Assembly (NCBI RefSeq): GCF_009914755.1
Contig: NC_060932.1
From: the human T2T-CHM13v2.0 reference genome, Homo sapiens
Strand: one strand, 5' to 3'
DNA: 64,000 bases
A model generated the notes under the pieces. The model ran no database searches, was not told the DNA's origin, and worked only from the letters and a program-made list of their open reading frames with translations. Position numbers and translations under genes: made by a program. Shown here piece by piece: positions 27,747 through 42,700 of this stretch (position 1 is its first letter; the number at the start of each line of letters is the position of its first letter).

Positions 27747-29329
27747 AAAGAAGCCAATTTTTAGAAAGGAGACTTCTACATTTAGAAAGAATATTAGGAT
27801 AAGTATAATGCTATCCAAGAGAACTATTCTCCAAAGGACAGCATGTAGTTAGATATATAAATGTTGATAGTTAGGATGTAAAATCACTCATAACTTTTTA
27901 CATGTTCATATTTTGACTATAAATGTGTAATACATATGTATGGGCATCCATATATATAAATACACATGTACATGGAGGGAAATATTTTCTGTAAAAGTTA
28001 GGAAATATAAATTTGATTGTCATATATTTTCATTTTATCGATCTGTCAACTAAAAATAGAGAGGTGCCTTTAGCTAAAGATACCTATTTCCCCTATGCTT
28101 TTTGAGTATGGCCAGGCATAAAACCCAGTACTTTACCTGTCATATTGTGATTCAGGAAAGACTTGCCTTTTCCTGGTCATGTAGTTTTAGCCCTTAAGGA
28201 ATTCACTCATCATTTCATCATTAGTGGTACCTAAACTCCAGGAATACTGAGTGAGTTTGGAAGCCTAATTGAAGGATGCAAGATTATGAGATTATTTCTA
28301 GACATATCTTAAGCAAGATTTCTTACATCTTTACTATAGATTTCCACATTCATCCTGCTGCGAGTTTTCACCTTAACCAAAATTCTTCAACAGAAAAAAG
28401 CAACATGCTTTTTTAACTATGAGCAATAATTAAAAAACAAAGACTGGCCACAGACTAAAAATTCAGCTTTCAAACTTAGTAAACATACTTTTCATAGGGA
28501 TCTAATAACCTCTCACTTTTTAAATATCTTAATAGACACTAAATGTTCTAACTTGCCAGAATATGAAAATGTAAAGAACAAGATCAATGCTACAATGCTC
28601 TCAAAAGCTCAACATAAAATGCAGCATATTTACAAGGTGGCCTCAGTAAGCTTTTCAAAGTTTTCTGTATTTTCCATCTTGTATGTTTCTCAATGTAATA
28701 CATGGACACAGTTAAAAATCAAGTAGCAATAAAAAGCTCATCATAGAAAACAGTAGCTCTTTGTTCTTGTGTTCTCTGCTCCTAGTACAATCCATTATTT
28801 TCATCTTCTTTGTTTTATCTGATTCTTTCAGTAATTACATACAAATTTTTAAGTGATATGCTAGTGGTACTGTTTTCTTTGGTTTATTAATTTAGTCTTT
28901 ATCCTCTAAAACTGTGTCTTCCTGATAAAACTATGTTTAGTTAAATAAGTAGACATGGTTTAAGTTATTATACTTATGCAAATATTATTCACTACAGAGC
29001 CAAGTAATGTACTATCATTAAATCTGTTTTTTAGTATAACTTTTTGCTATTCCTGGAATAAATGAATGTTTTGCTGTTTGCAAACATTGGCACACATCAA
29101 TGCATTTCTGTGCTGTGGAAAAATCTTGGGCTTTGAAATTAGTAAACTCGCATTCCATGTTGGCTGTGTTGTTGCTTGTGACCTTTGGTAGGTTCCTTAG
29201 ACTGCTGAGCCTTGGCAATTATTTCTGAGCAACAAATGTGCAAATCAGTAACTTCTTTGAAGACTATATATATAGGAAGCTTTTTTAAAAATAACATGTG
29301 TAAACATCCACCTGTAACTTCCTCCTTGA

Positions 29330-29520
29330 AATGTATGTGCCCTCCACTTTGTTCCTCACATAAAAACCATGAGGTGGGTGAGATGGAATTATTAGCACAG
29401 GTTAGGAAAAAACTGAGGCTGAAGAACACTAAAAGATTTATCCAAAGAGGCCTCGTGGAAAACAGCTCAACTGCAACATTTCTAATTCTAAGTCAAGAGC
29501 TCTTAACCCCATGACATGCT
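29330..29520 (-). mobile_element. MIR fragment
   Basis: tcctcacataaaaaccatgaggtggg...aggaaaaaactgaggct. Confidence 0.55.
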
Positions 29521-30449
29521 GAGGCTCCATCCAGCCAAGTCATCAATATACTACTGGTGCCAAATTTAAACCCCTGAGACTAAATTATGCAAAATTCCAT
29601 TCTCTTAGTTAGTTTGGATTACTTGGGGGTGTGAGTCTAAGTGTTTTTCCTCTGTTTTCTCAAGCCCTGTAGGGGCTTAACAGAGGCAGTCAATGTAAAA
29701 ATGTGAAAGATTGGTATAGAAAGTAACATACTACTATATAAAGTCCCCAGGGTGGCATAATCTGGCTGTTAGTTTTCTACTGTATTCTGTATATTTAAAG
29801 GCTCCTTTGTGGCCATGAACTTGAAGATGTAACCATACTATTATCAAGCCTTAGTACTTCTCATCTTGTAAATTGTCATAAAACCAATATATTCTTAGGC
29901 TAGATATTTTAAGTTTAAAAAAACTATTCTAGGTACTGAGAATATATAAAGAACCAATTATTTATAAGTTGGATAATAGCTTTATTATTTTGGTTATAGT
30001 CCTTTCTGTTTTTTCACCTCATACTTATTAGTGATTCTCCATACAATGGGAATATCAGGAAAGCTATTAGAACCTCTCCATGCCATTCTAATCATCAGTA
30101 TGTTTTCTTTTCCTTTTGAAAATTCACCTGTTTCTATAAAGCTTAGCACCTTTCTTTGGCCTGCTTTCTACAAAAAATAATTTATTAACCATCAACTCAT
30201 TAACCAAGTGGTTATTCTCATGTTACATATGTGTAAAAGTGAAGTGAAGTGAAGTAGTAATAAACAGCATAGTTGGTGTACAAATACAGAAATTTTAATT
30301 CTATGTCTGATAAGTTTTACACTTTACAACATTCATTTTGTTACAAATATTTGAAAGTATAAAATAAAAAATAAAATAGTATCACACACCCAAACACATA
30401 GACCAGGAAAAAATCGTCACCACATTAAAACTCATGGTCTTGAATGCTG

Positions 30450-31030
30450 GGTTATTCTGGATTTGATGACCTTATGGACTGTGAACATTTGAAAGGACAT
30501 TAGCCTCTGATTCTTGAAAATCCTTGTCCATATGCCTACCAGATTGGACACCTCCAATGATAAGACTTCAATATTTTGCAAGGAAACTTATTTTGTCTTT
30601 AGACATACTTGACTGTAAGAAAACTTCATTGTCTGAAATATCTCTTCCTGTAAGATACAGGCTTTGATCGATCAGTTCTTCCTCAGAAACAACACAGAAC
30701 AAATCCAGTTTTTTTCCCTACATACTATTTGAAAACAATTCTCAATTTCCCCTAATGTTTTTCTCGTTTCTAACCTAAACACTCCTAATCTCTTCAATTG
30801 TTTCTCTTATGATATATCTAAAATTTTTCTCACTATCCTTTTCTGTTGCTTTGATTATTTTTCTGTTTGGCATAATCCCTTTCAAAGTGTGGCACACAGA
30901 GTTAAAGACATTACTAAAATAAAGGCTTTCCAATGTCCCATAGAACATAACTACCATCTCCCTTCTTCTAATTACTATACCTTCATTAGTACTGCCTAAG
31001 ACCACACAATAATTCAGGAAGCACAATCAC
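30450..31030 (-). mobile_element. L3/CR1 LINE 3' fragment (RT C-terminal region)
   Basis: ORF 30775-31026 VLGSTNEGIVIRRREMVVMFYGTL...ETIEEIRSV resembles CR1 ORF2 ILGCINRSIVSRSREVIVPLYSAL...EERLKELG. Confidence 0.75.
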
Positions 31031-31049
31031 AACACGGTGTTGACCTAAC

Positions 31050-31803
<754 letters not shown>

Positions 31804-33056
31804 AGTAGAGGAGCTTTACCATTTTCTTGAGTACTGGAAACGAAGAAGCTGGAAAGAAATGTTAATAGTACCTTTGTTGCTTCATAATCAGTCAGAAAAA
31901 GAAGAACAGTGGTCCACTTAAACTACATCATAGATTAAAGAGAACATTGCCAGCATAAGTTAAAGAAAACATTTCCAGAGGCCTTTACTCTTCTGGATGG
32001 GCATTATTTGTTAGGTCTCTTTATCCATGGCTTGGAGTAAATGAGGCAATGATTAGAAATTTATCCCCCACAATCGGCTCTATAGCAGATTCTACTGCAA
32101 AGGCTATGGTTACACAACAAAGCTTTAAATTCTCTTGTGAAAGTTGTGCTAAATAGTAGAATTGCTGTAGATTGCTTACTGGCTGAGCAGAGAAATTTCT
32201 ACACAGTTGCTGATAGTTCTAGCTGGACATAGAGGAATACATCGGGTATTACAGAGGCTCAGATGTAGGGGATTAATGAATAGGCTGCTTGGTTGAAATG
32301 AGTAGACTCCCTATCTAACTCATTCTTTGATCTATTTGATTTTAGTTGGTTTGGTTGATGAAGACCCTGGCTAAGGAGCATATTCTGAGCTCTTGGAATT
32401 ATCCTCCAGATAGACATAATAGTCATCTCCCTGGTGCACTGTATTCTCTCAGAAGTTTTAAATGGTAGCCTGTAGCTATCTGTAGAATGTCAAATGATCC
32501 TTCTTCAACTAAAATGGCAAAAACTAAAATGTGCACTGTAAGGACACAGTAACCTATGAATGACATGCTGAGACCAGAAACCCAAAATGATGGCAACTGA
32601 GAGTGGAGCTAAGGCCCCAAGTTTTGGTCACACTCTCGCCTAAATGAGAACCTGACCAAAAAAGGGGAATTGTTAAACAAAATTATGGCAGTCCATTGTT
32701 TTAGACTGAGTTTGTACACTATGCCCCAACACACCAGACCACACCAAACCAAGATCAGTCACTCATGCTAAATGTGACATAATCAAACTAAAACTTTAAG
32801 AAAGCAGATGAGTCCTAAAGCAGACCTGGTTTTGTTTTACTTCTGAAAACGAGAAAACAGCACAAGGAGGTCCCCTGTACTCTAACCATTACAAAAAAGT
32901 AACCTGAAGTCCTTATTCCCACCTTACAAAATTCACTGACCTGCTATTCCCCAGTAAGATTTGAGACCAAATAAGTACATTTAGAATGATGACAGTGTGA
33001 CAGCAATGCCTAAAGTCAATCTCTCAAAATTGAAAAGATGACCAAAATGAGGAAAC
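31804..33056 (+). mobile_element. ERV1 internal 3' region (MER57-int-like) with a decayed env
   Basis: Furin-like RLKR; from 32125 LNSLVKVVLNSRIAVDCLLAEQ (ISD-like), then a hydrophobic TM anchor with several stops; PPT aaaaaaggggaa at ~32658-32669. Confidence 0.85.
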
Positions 33057-33376
33057 TGTTAAATTCAGTTTCGCAGTTTAGCTTAAAGCTGCCTCCTTAC
33101 ATACTCTAAGCTCAGCCTAAGGTTTCTCAGTGCACAGTGAACTGTAGACTAACCTAACTATAACCTAACTGGTTACAGTGAATGTAACTTGATGTGTAAA
33201 CAAATTGTAGCCTACTCTTGTTACAATCTCGGAGTTTCAGCCAATCAAAAGCAGCCAACTTTTCAAACCAGGTCCAAATAAGGCAAATGCCAAGCTGTAA
33301 CTAGTCTAGTTGTTTATGTTCAACACTTCTGTTTTCTGCATGTCACTTCCCTTTTTCTGTCCATAAATCTTCCACC
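33057..33376 (+). mobile_element. MER57-type LTR, 3'-truncated and followed by A10
   Basis: tgttaaatt...aaagctgcctccttacata...aaataaggcaaatgcc...ctgtccataaatctt, then A10 at 33377-33386. Confidence 0.85.
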
Positions 33377-33387
33377 AAAAAAAAAAT

Positions 33388-35215
33388 GTAGCTGAAAATA
33401 TTTGGAGTAAACCACTCAAGCTAACTAGTTCCCTTTAAATTCATTATCGCAAACCTCAACTGGATGCTCAGTCCTTCCATGTAATAATACTGTGTTTCCC
33501 CAGGAGTCTAATTATTATATTTCCCACACAATGACTACTTTATGCCTTATATTTTCTTCTCAAAGTTCCCACAAATTCTTCTACCCTGTAAGACTTTGCT
33601 ATTGACATCAACTCATACTTCTTTGAGAAAACAGAAGAAAGTACAACTTCCTCAAGTTCCTATATCCAAAGCTACAAACCAATGTTTATCTGTACTTTGT
33701 GTCTCTCTTTGATTTTGCCTTCTAGCTTATTAAGAATTTTGATCATGCAGTTATCAAACTTTCTTTGTTACTATTAGATTTACATAAGCATACTATCATG
33801 TGTTAAGATTTTTCATTAAACATCAACACCTCCCTTGACACTACATTTCTTTCCAGGCAACACTCCACCCTGTTCCTGCTCCTTTTACAGAAACTTCTAA
33901 AATTATTTGATTAAATGTAATGTTTCTATTTCCTTGCCTTCCATTTTCTCTTTTCTCTATCTCTTCTATCTATTCTCACCTCCTATTATCTATCGTATTT
34001 CTCTCTAACTTCACCGAAACTGCACTTGTCAAGATCTTCATCACATCCCAGTTGCCAAATCCAATAGCCTTTTGGTTCTCATCCTATTCCATCTGATTAA
34101 GCTGATGTTTTCCCTCACTTTAAAAATACTTTTCCCTCTTGCCTCCCATGTCTCCTCAAACTACATGATTTTACAATCCTCATTGGCCAGTCTTTGGTCT
34201 CCTTCACCACCTCTTTCTCTTGCAACCCCTAAATGCTGAGTTTCTACCTGCTCAGTCCCGAACCCTCTTTTAATCCTTTTTCTAACTCTCTCCCAAGATA
34301 GTCTCATATATTGACAAAGCTTGAAATGCCATCTCTGTGCTTATGAGTCTCATAGTGATGTCTCTAATTCAGACCTTTTCTCATATATTTAATTGACTAT
34401 TTTGCACTCCACTGAAAGATCTCACATTCACTTTTAATATAACATGGCAACATGGAAATCTTGAATCTCCCCTAAATCTTTTTCACCCTAACTTATCTCT
34501 ATGAAGTAGCACAATCACCTCATGCTATCTCAAACCAGAAAATTGAGAGACAGTTTTAATTCTGCTCCCTAATTCTTACCTTCACCTCTAATCCATCAGT
34601 GGATCTTATCTGTTCTACCTCTAATGTATATTTCAAATTGTCCTCTTTTCTCTATCTCTGTGACTACCTTAATTAAGGCCACAATAATGTTTTATATGAT
34701 TACCATAATAATGTGTTTCAGCATCCTTCTACCTTTAAAATGTCATCATATACTTTTCTCTTCCTGGATCTCCACAGTCCACCACTACTGACCTATTAGC
34801 TCTTTCTAGATCACATCAGGGTCTTTTCTGCCCCTGAAACTGTGTATTTGTTATTCTCTTTATGTGAAAAATTCTTCCCATGCCTCTTGATGTGATTAGC
34901 CTCTTCTCTTTCTTCACACCTCTACTTAAATATTACATGGTCAAAGAGGACCTCCCCGGGTATTTTATCTAAAATATCCCTTCCCTATTGGACTTTCTCT
35001 TGATAGCCCTTCCTTCTCCTCTGCCTCTAGCACTTTCAAAATCATTATTTTGTTTACATATTCATTTGCTGTTTAATTTTTTTATCTCACTAACTAGGAT
35101 GTAACTCCATGAGGTTAAAAAGAAAAGTGTATTTGTCTTCTTTACCTTTTCATTCATAACTCTAGCACAGTGACTGGCAGATATTAGATGCCCAACAAAT
35201 ATTTGTTGAATGAAG
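33388..35215 (+). mobile_element. L2, long 3' part
   Basis: Pyrimidine-rich L2 body ending ctagcacagtgactggca...caaatatttgttgaatgaa. Confidence 0.8.
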
Positions 35216-35835
35216 GTAATTTTCACTTAACGCTTTTTAATCACTGTTAAATTACCTATTTTCCCATTACATACATTAGTACAACTGGTTTATTTAATCT
35301 TTATGGGGCAATTTCTAAGGTTATTAAATTTTATTTTATTTATTTGGTTTGTAAAAATCCTGACAATATCATAAAAGCCACTCATTGGCTGTTCACATTT
35401 TCCAAACTGTGATCAGAATGCCATAATTCTTTTCTTTGAAGTCATTAGTATAATTTTTGAGTTGGGAAGGCCCAAGAGAGAATCTTTGTAGAAGAAGGCT
35501 GCCAATTAAAACATTCACCTCAAAACTGCCACCATAGGGTTTGCGTCTCTCTAGCTTTCACACTGGGATCCCTGAGCTATTTTGTCAGATGTTTCATGCT
35601 GCCCTGGTACATCATCTTTTGGCTGCCCAGTGGGTTTCACTTGTTCTTAATGAACATGTACTAGGTACTACTGGTCATAACTTCCTTTTCATTTTGAGGT
35701 GAGTCAATAGATTTTTAGTAATCTTTCCAGAATAGTGCCAGAAAGTAACATCTAGTTATTCACTAGAATGACTAGAATGTACCTTTCCACTTATCAACAT
35801 TCAGATATTCAATGAGAAAATTGAAGAAAGAACAG

Positions 35836-38249
35836 TGTGGTAGTCTGTCTTTGTGTTGCTATAAAAAATACCCGAGGCTGAGTAATTTATAAAGAAAGGC
35901 AGTTTGATTGGCTCATTTAATTGGCTCACGGTTCTACAGGCTGTCTGGACAAGCATGATACTGGTTTCTGAGGAGGCCTTAGAGATTTATTTACTCATGG
36001 TGGAAGGTGAACCAGGGATGTCACATGATGAGTGCAGGGGCAAGAGAGAAAGGAGGGAGGTGCCACACACTATTGTGAGGACAGCACCAAGCCATGTGAC
36101 ATCCGTCCCCGTGACCCAAATATCTCCTACCAGTCCCCACCCCGAAGACTGGGGATTATACTTCAACATAAGACTTTGAGGGAACATACATCCAAATTAT
36201 ATATCATTCTTCCTCTGCGCCCCCCCACAAATTTCATGTCCTCCTTGCATTGCAAAATACAATCATACCTTCCTAACAGTTCACCAAAGTCTTAACTCAT
36301 TCCAGCATTAACTCAAAAGTCCCAAGTCTAAAGTTTTATCTAGAGATGAGTTTCTTCCATCTATGAGCCTGTGAGATTTAAAAAAGTTATTTACATCCAA
36401 GATATAATAGTAGTATAGGCATTGGGTATGCATTCCCATTCCAAAGGAGAAAAATTGACTGAAAGAAGGGGTACAGCTCCAATACAAGTCTGAAATCCAG
36501 CAGGGCAATCATTAAATCCTAAAGCTCAAAAATAATCTCCTTTGACTGCATGTCCCACATCTAGAGCACACTGGTGCAAAGGATGGGCTCCCTAGGCCCT
36601 GGGATGTTCCACCTCTATGGCTTTGCAGGCTGCAGCCCACTTGGCTGTGCCCATGGGTTGAAGTTGAGTGCCCGTGGCTTTTCCAGGCATAGGATGCAAG
36701 CTACCAGTGGATCTACCATTCTGTGGTCTGGAGGGTGGTGGCCCCATTCCCACGCTCCACTAGGCAGTGTGTTGGTGCTGACTCTGTGTTGGGACTCCAA
36801 TCCCACATTTCCCCTCTGCACTGGCCTAGTGGAGGTTTTCTGTAAGGTCTCTGCCTCTGTGACAGGCTTCTGCTTGGGTACCCAGGCTTTCTGATACATC
36901 CACTAAAATCTGGATGGAAGCCAACAAGCAGCCTTCTCTTGCATTCTGTGCACCTGTAGGTATAAGCCCATTTGGAAGCTACCAAGACTTATGGCTTATG
37001 CTGTCCAAAGGGGCAGCCTGGGCCGTATCTGGGGACCTTTTAGCCATAGCGGGAGTTGGAGCAGCAGGGAGATGGGGATTAGCATCTTGGGATGGCACAG
37101 GGCTTTAGCACGCCTGGTCTGGCCCATGAAACCATTCGTCCCTTTTAGGTCTCTGGGCCTGTGATAGAAGGAGCTGCCTCATGGATCTCTCAAAATACCT
37201 TCAAGTTCTTTTGTCCATTGCCTTGGCTATCAGAACCTGGCTCCCTTTTAGTCATGCAGATCTCTCTAGCAAGTGATTGATCTGCAGCCTGCTTGGGTTC
37301 TTCCCCTGAAAACAGGCTTTTCTTTTCTGATACATTGCTAGGATGCAAATTTTCCAAACTTTTACATTCTACTTTCCTTTTAAATATAACTCCCAACTTA
37401 AAGTAATTTTTTGTTCCTGCATCTGCACATAGGCTGTTAGAAGCAGCCAGGCCACATCTTGAAATCTTTGTTCCCTAGAAATTTTATCTTTCATATATGC
37501 TAAGTCATCACTCTTAAGTTCACACTTCCACAGATCCCTTGGTTATGAACACAATGCAGCCAAATTCGTTGCTAAGGCATAATAAGCATGACCTTTGCTC
37601 CAGTTCCCAGTAAGTTTCTCATTTCTGAGACCTTGTCAGCCTGGCCATCATTGTCGATATCAGTGTCAGCATTTTGGTCAAACCATTTAACCAGTATCTA
37701 AGAAATCTCAAACCTTCCTTTATCTTCCTATCTTATTCTGAGCCCTCTCAACTTTCCAACCTCTGACAGTTACACAGTTTCAAAGCTACTTCCATGATTT
37801 CAGGTATCTTTATAGAAACACCCTATTCCTGGTACCAATTTGCTGGGTTAGTCTGTTCTTATGTTGCTATAAAGAAATACCAGAAGCAGGGTAATTCATG
37901 AATAAAAGAGTTTTAATTGGCTCATGGTTCTGTAGGCTGTACAAACATAATGCAAGCATCTGCTTAGCTTCTGGGGAGACCTCAGGGAGAATTTACTTAC
38001 AGCAGAAAGCAAAGCAGCAGCAGGCATATTACATCATCAGAGTGGGAGCAAGAGAGAGACAGGGAAGAGGTGCCACAGATTTTTAAACAACCAGATCTCA
38101 CATGAACTCGCTTACTATTGAGAGGAGAGCACCAAGCCATGAAGGATCTTCCCCTACAACTCAAATATCTCCCACCAGTCCCCACCTTTAACATTGGGAA
38201 TTACATTTCAACATGCAATTTGGAGGTGGCAAAAATCCAAACTATATCA
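35836..38249 (-). mobile_element. Full-structure MST (MSTB-like) MaLR: LTR 35836-36206, internal 36207-37843, LTR 37844-38249
   Basis: Two homologous LTRs ending in tatatca; MaLR internal sequence; near-TSD aacag/agcag. Confidence 0.92.
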
Positions 38250-38286
38250 AGCAGAAATAGATTCACATTATAATTAAATAATAAAT

Positions 38287-39512
38287 TTGGCCTTGGCAAT
38301 TATTTTTTGGTGATCACACCAAAAGTTCAGGTAATAAAAGCAAAAATAAATAAGTGGGACTACAGTAAAATAAAAAGCTTCCACATGACAAAGGAAACAA
38401 TCTATAAAATGAAAAGAATCCTACAGACTGGGAGAAAATATTTGCATGCCAAATATCTGATAAAATGTTAAGATCCAAAATATACAAGAAACTCATACAA
38501 TTCAATAGCAAACAAAATGAAAATAAGTAACCTGATTAGAAAATAGACAGAATATCTAAATGGACATTTCCCAAAGAAGACGTAAAAGTGGTGAAGAGAT
38601 ACATGAAAAGGTGCCTAGCATCACTCATCATCAGGGAAACACAAATCTAAACCACAATGAAATGTCAATATCACCTCACATTTGTTAGAATGGCTGTTAT
38701 CAAAAAGATAAGCTACAAGTATTGGCCAAAGTGTGGAGAAAAGGGAATGCTTGTACATCTACAACAACATTCCATTGGTTGGAATGTAATTTGATATAGT
38801 CATTATGAAAAACAGTATCAAAGTTCTTCAAAACAATAGGGAGTGGACTACCATATGACCCAACCATACCTCTTCTGGGTATATGCCCAAATGAAATGAA
38901 ATCAGCACTACATAGAGATATCTGTGCTCTCATGTTTACTGCAGCATTATTCACAATAGTCAAGATGTGAAATCAACCTAAGTATTTGTTGATAGATGAA
39001 TAAAGAAATACACACACACGTGCAGAAACACACAATGGAATGTTATTCAGTCTTTTAAAAAGTAGATCCTGTCATTTGCAAAAACATGGACAAAACTAGG
39101 GACATTATGCTAAGTGAAATAAGACAGACATTGAAAGAAAAATATTGCATGATTTCACTTACATGTTAATATTCTGTAAGTTGAATACATAGAAACAGAG
39201 AGCAGAATGGTGGCTGGCAGGAGTTAAGGGGGGAGAAAAATGAGGAGATATAGGTCAAAAGGTACAAAGTTGTAGTTATATAGAATGAATAGGTCTAAAG
39301 ATCTACTGTATGGCATAAGGGCTATAGTTAAGGACTATTGTATTTCATACTGAAAATCTACTAAGAGAGTAGTGTTTAAGTGCTCTTATCACACATAAAA
39401 AAAGGTAACTGTGAAGTGACCTATATTAATTTGCTTGAGTGTGGTGACCATTTCACTATATATGTGTATATCAAAACCTCATGTTGTGCAACTTAAATAT
39501 ATACATTAAAAT
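38287..39512 (+). mobile_element. L1MA (about L1MA8/9) 3' end
   Basis: ORF2 C-terminal remnant, gggacattatgctaagtgaaataag, and an L1MA-type 3' UTR. Confidence 0.88.
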
Positions 39513-39566
39513 GTGCCAAATTTATAGAAAATAAAGAGACCAGAGATCTTGTATACAACTTCTTGC

Positions 39567-39857
39567 TTTTTTTTTTTTTTTTTGATGGAGTCTCACTCTG
39601 TAGCCAGGCTAGAGGACAATGACGTGTTCTTGGCTCACTGCAACCTCCACCTCCTGGATTCAAACTCTTCTGCCTCAGCCTCCTGAGTAGTTGGGATTAC
39701 AAGAGCGTGCCACCACACTTGGCTAATTTTTGTATTTTTAGTAGAGACGGGGTTTCACCATGTTGGCCAGGATGGTCTCGATCTCCTGACCTTGTGATCT
39801 ACCCACCTCATCCTCCCAAAGTGCTGGGATTACAGGCATGAGCCACTGCACCCGGCC
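39567..39857 (-). mobile_element. AluS (Sc-like) element
   Basis: TSD aacttcttgcttt at 39557-39569 and 39858-39870. Confidence 0.95.
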
Positions 39858-40159
39858 AACTTCTTGCTTTCCTAACACACAGCCTCAAAAGTGTCAGGTA
39901 GATTAAGAAATGTTTAGACATATTTTTGGAAAATTCCATATTTCCCCTTAGGAATTCATTTTAATTCTTAATAAACTTCGCAGTTATATCAAGCTTAACT
40001 CCTCATGCTGACATAAACTGTGAGTGTAATTTTACTTTTTTTTTTTTCCTCAGTCATAACATGGCAAGCATACTGCAAGGCTTATTTAGACAAACCAAAG
40101 TCTTGCTTAAATTTAAAGCACCAGAGCAATTCCAAAAGACTAAGTATTTTTATGCTTAG

Positions 40160-40510
40160 TATATTAGCCAGCTTGGGCTGCTATGACAAAGTATCTCAAA
40201 CTAGAAACCTTAAAAAAATAGACATTTATACTTCACAATTTTGGAGGTTGAAAGTCCAAAATCAGGGTGCCAGCATAGTTGAAGTCCTGTTCCTGGTTTG
40301 CAAAAGCCATCTTATTGCCATATCTTCACATGGAGAAAGGACAGCTAGACAGTTTTCCGGCCTCTTCTTATAAAGGCATTAATCTCATTCATGAAGGCTC
40401 CACTCTCATGACCTAATTACCTCCTACAGGCCCCGCTTCCAAATGCCATCACATTAGGATTAGGTTCAACACATGGATTTTGGGTGGACACAAGCATTCA
40501 GTCCACTGTA
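40160..40510 (-). mobile_element. MLT1A-type solo LTR
   Basis: gggctgctatgacaaagta...aagtccaaaatcagggtgccagca...ctcatgacctaattacctcc...cattcagtcca. Confidence 0.85.
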
Positions 40511-41553
40511 CTTTATCACTGTGGTTACTATTATTATTGTTTACTATCCTACGTGTTTAGACTAAACAATCTCAGTTTATTAACATGTCTTTTTTATCCT
40601 TACTTAATTTCAACTTTGAATTATACATTCATTATTGTCAGTCCATTAGGAATCCCTGATCATAGGAAAGCTGAATTAGAAATATGTTCATGCTACTACT
40701 TTTAAAAATTGAAAAATCAAATTCTAAAACTACTGATTATAAAATTTACAAATGTTAATACCCTAAGTCCTGGGGCCACAAGAGTGAAGTAGCAACTCTC
40801 TCCCTTTTCCAGCCAAATGGCAATTATAACTCTATAAACCAAAAGCACTGACCCTATACAGTTTCCTCTAACCCATAACTACTTGAACAGCTCCAACAGA
40901 GTTGTGGAAACACATGAGCTCTGCACTCTCCCTCATTCATTACATTTATAGTCTAATACTGCTTTCAGAGCACCTAGATATCACTATGATAGACATTATG
41001 GAAATACTTAGCCATATTTGTCAGGTGTCGTGGAAACATTCAAGAAATTACCAATAACTTTAGAGTCAGTGGCAGAAGAAGAAAAAGCACTGTGGCTTTT
41101 AAAAATAATGTTTTTAAAGATCACATTACGTCTATGAAAAATTGAATTGTGTCTACAAATGCATTCCAGAACTTAAGGGTTTATTGTACAAGGTATCATG
41201 CAAAAGTATATATTTATTAAGGTTTATATAAGGAATTGGTCACTTACATTTGACATGTTCTTATATAATGCATTGTGGGTCATGGAAGAATATTTTATTA
41301 AGAAAATATAGGAGGAAATAAGACAATCTTATTTTTAATAACTAGTTTTTGAAACCAGGAGATTTGGTTATTTTCATTTAAGTTCTATGGCTCCTGATGG
41401 GTAATTGAGGTATGAAGTATTTTAAAATTTAGTTTTGAGATTATTTTGTTTTTATTTGCTATTGTTAGAAAGTCTATAGTGAGAAAAAAGTACAGACATT
41501 GGGCAGTTACTCTCAAAGAGATGTGCTAATGCCTAACCAAGAAAATGCGATGT

Positions 41554-41932
<379 letters not shown>

Positions 41933-42479
41933 AAGAAAACGTGATGTTGCCTAATAAGGTATCTTCTTGAGATTTGGGCACTTGGTTGATAAATACACAT
42001 ATGTGTATGTGTAAGTGTAAATGTGTGTATGTACATATGAATACATCAGTAGTTTTGTGAAACAAATAATTGGATGCATTTTGGAAATAAAATATAAATT
42101 GTAGATTTGTTTCAGAGCTTAGGATAACAAAACATAGATACAGATTTAATTTAATCTTAATTTTCTATTTTTTCTTCATAGTATCTGTTCTTAATGGAGG
42201 GTTTCAAAAAAACCAATAGATCATTTTAATTGGAATGTCTCAGACTTAGATTACTGTCAGAAAATAGCTAGTAAAGCATACCCTATGAGATTCTTTAATA
42301 CAAAATGATTATTTGTTTGAAATAAGTAGGTTATTGTTTTTAATAGTATTTAGCAATTAAAAGTTGCTCCAGAGCAACTCCTATCTGTGCTCACTCAGCA
42401 AAAAAATAAAACTCCATGGTGTCACTGAGAAGCTGTCGCTGTTATTGGCATTAACGTGATGTAGATGCAATAAAGATAA

Positions 42480-42700
42480 CCATTGTTTATTGAGCAACTA
42501 GTATATGTTAGCCATTTTGCTAAGAATGTCACATACGTTATGCTATTTAATTTCTGCGCCAATCCTGCAAGTTACATACCATTCACAGAGGGCTTTGAAA
42601 ATGTGGCTAAATTGGCATGACAGTAAATATCAGAGGCAGGATGCTGACCAGGTCTGTTGGATAGTAAAGCCTGTGTTCTTAACCACAGCACTTTGCAGTC
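42480..42700 (-). mobile_element. MIR
   Basis: tttattgagcaactagtatatg...gcctgtgttcttaaccac. Confidence 0.6.

Noticed and set aside
30237-30255. (AAGTG)n as an IRF-binding array
   Set aside because: It has a pentamer period and under four units, so it does not fit ISRE spacing.
36574-37396. Overlapping ORFs of 64-106 aa
   Set aside because: They lie in the MaLR internal region and are fragments of its decayed ORF or antisense frames.
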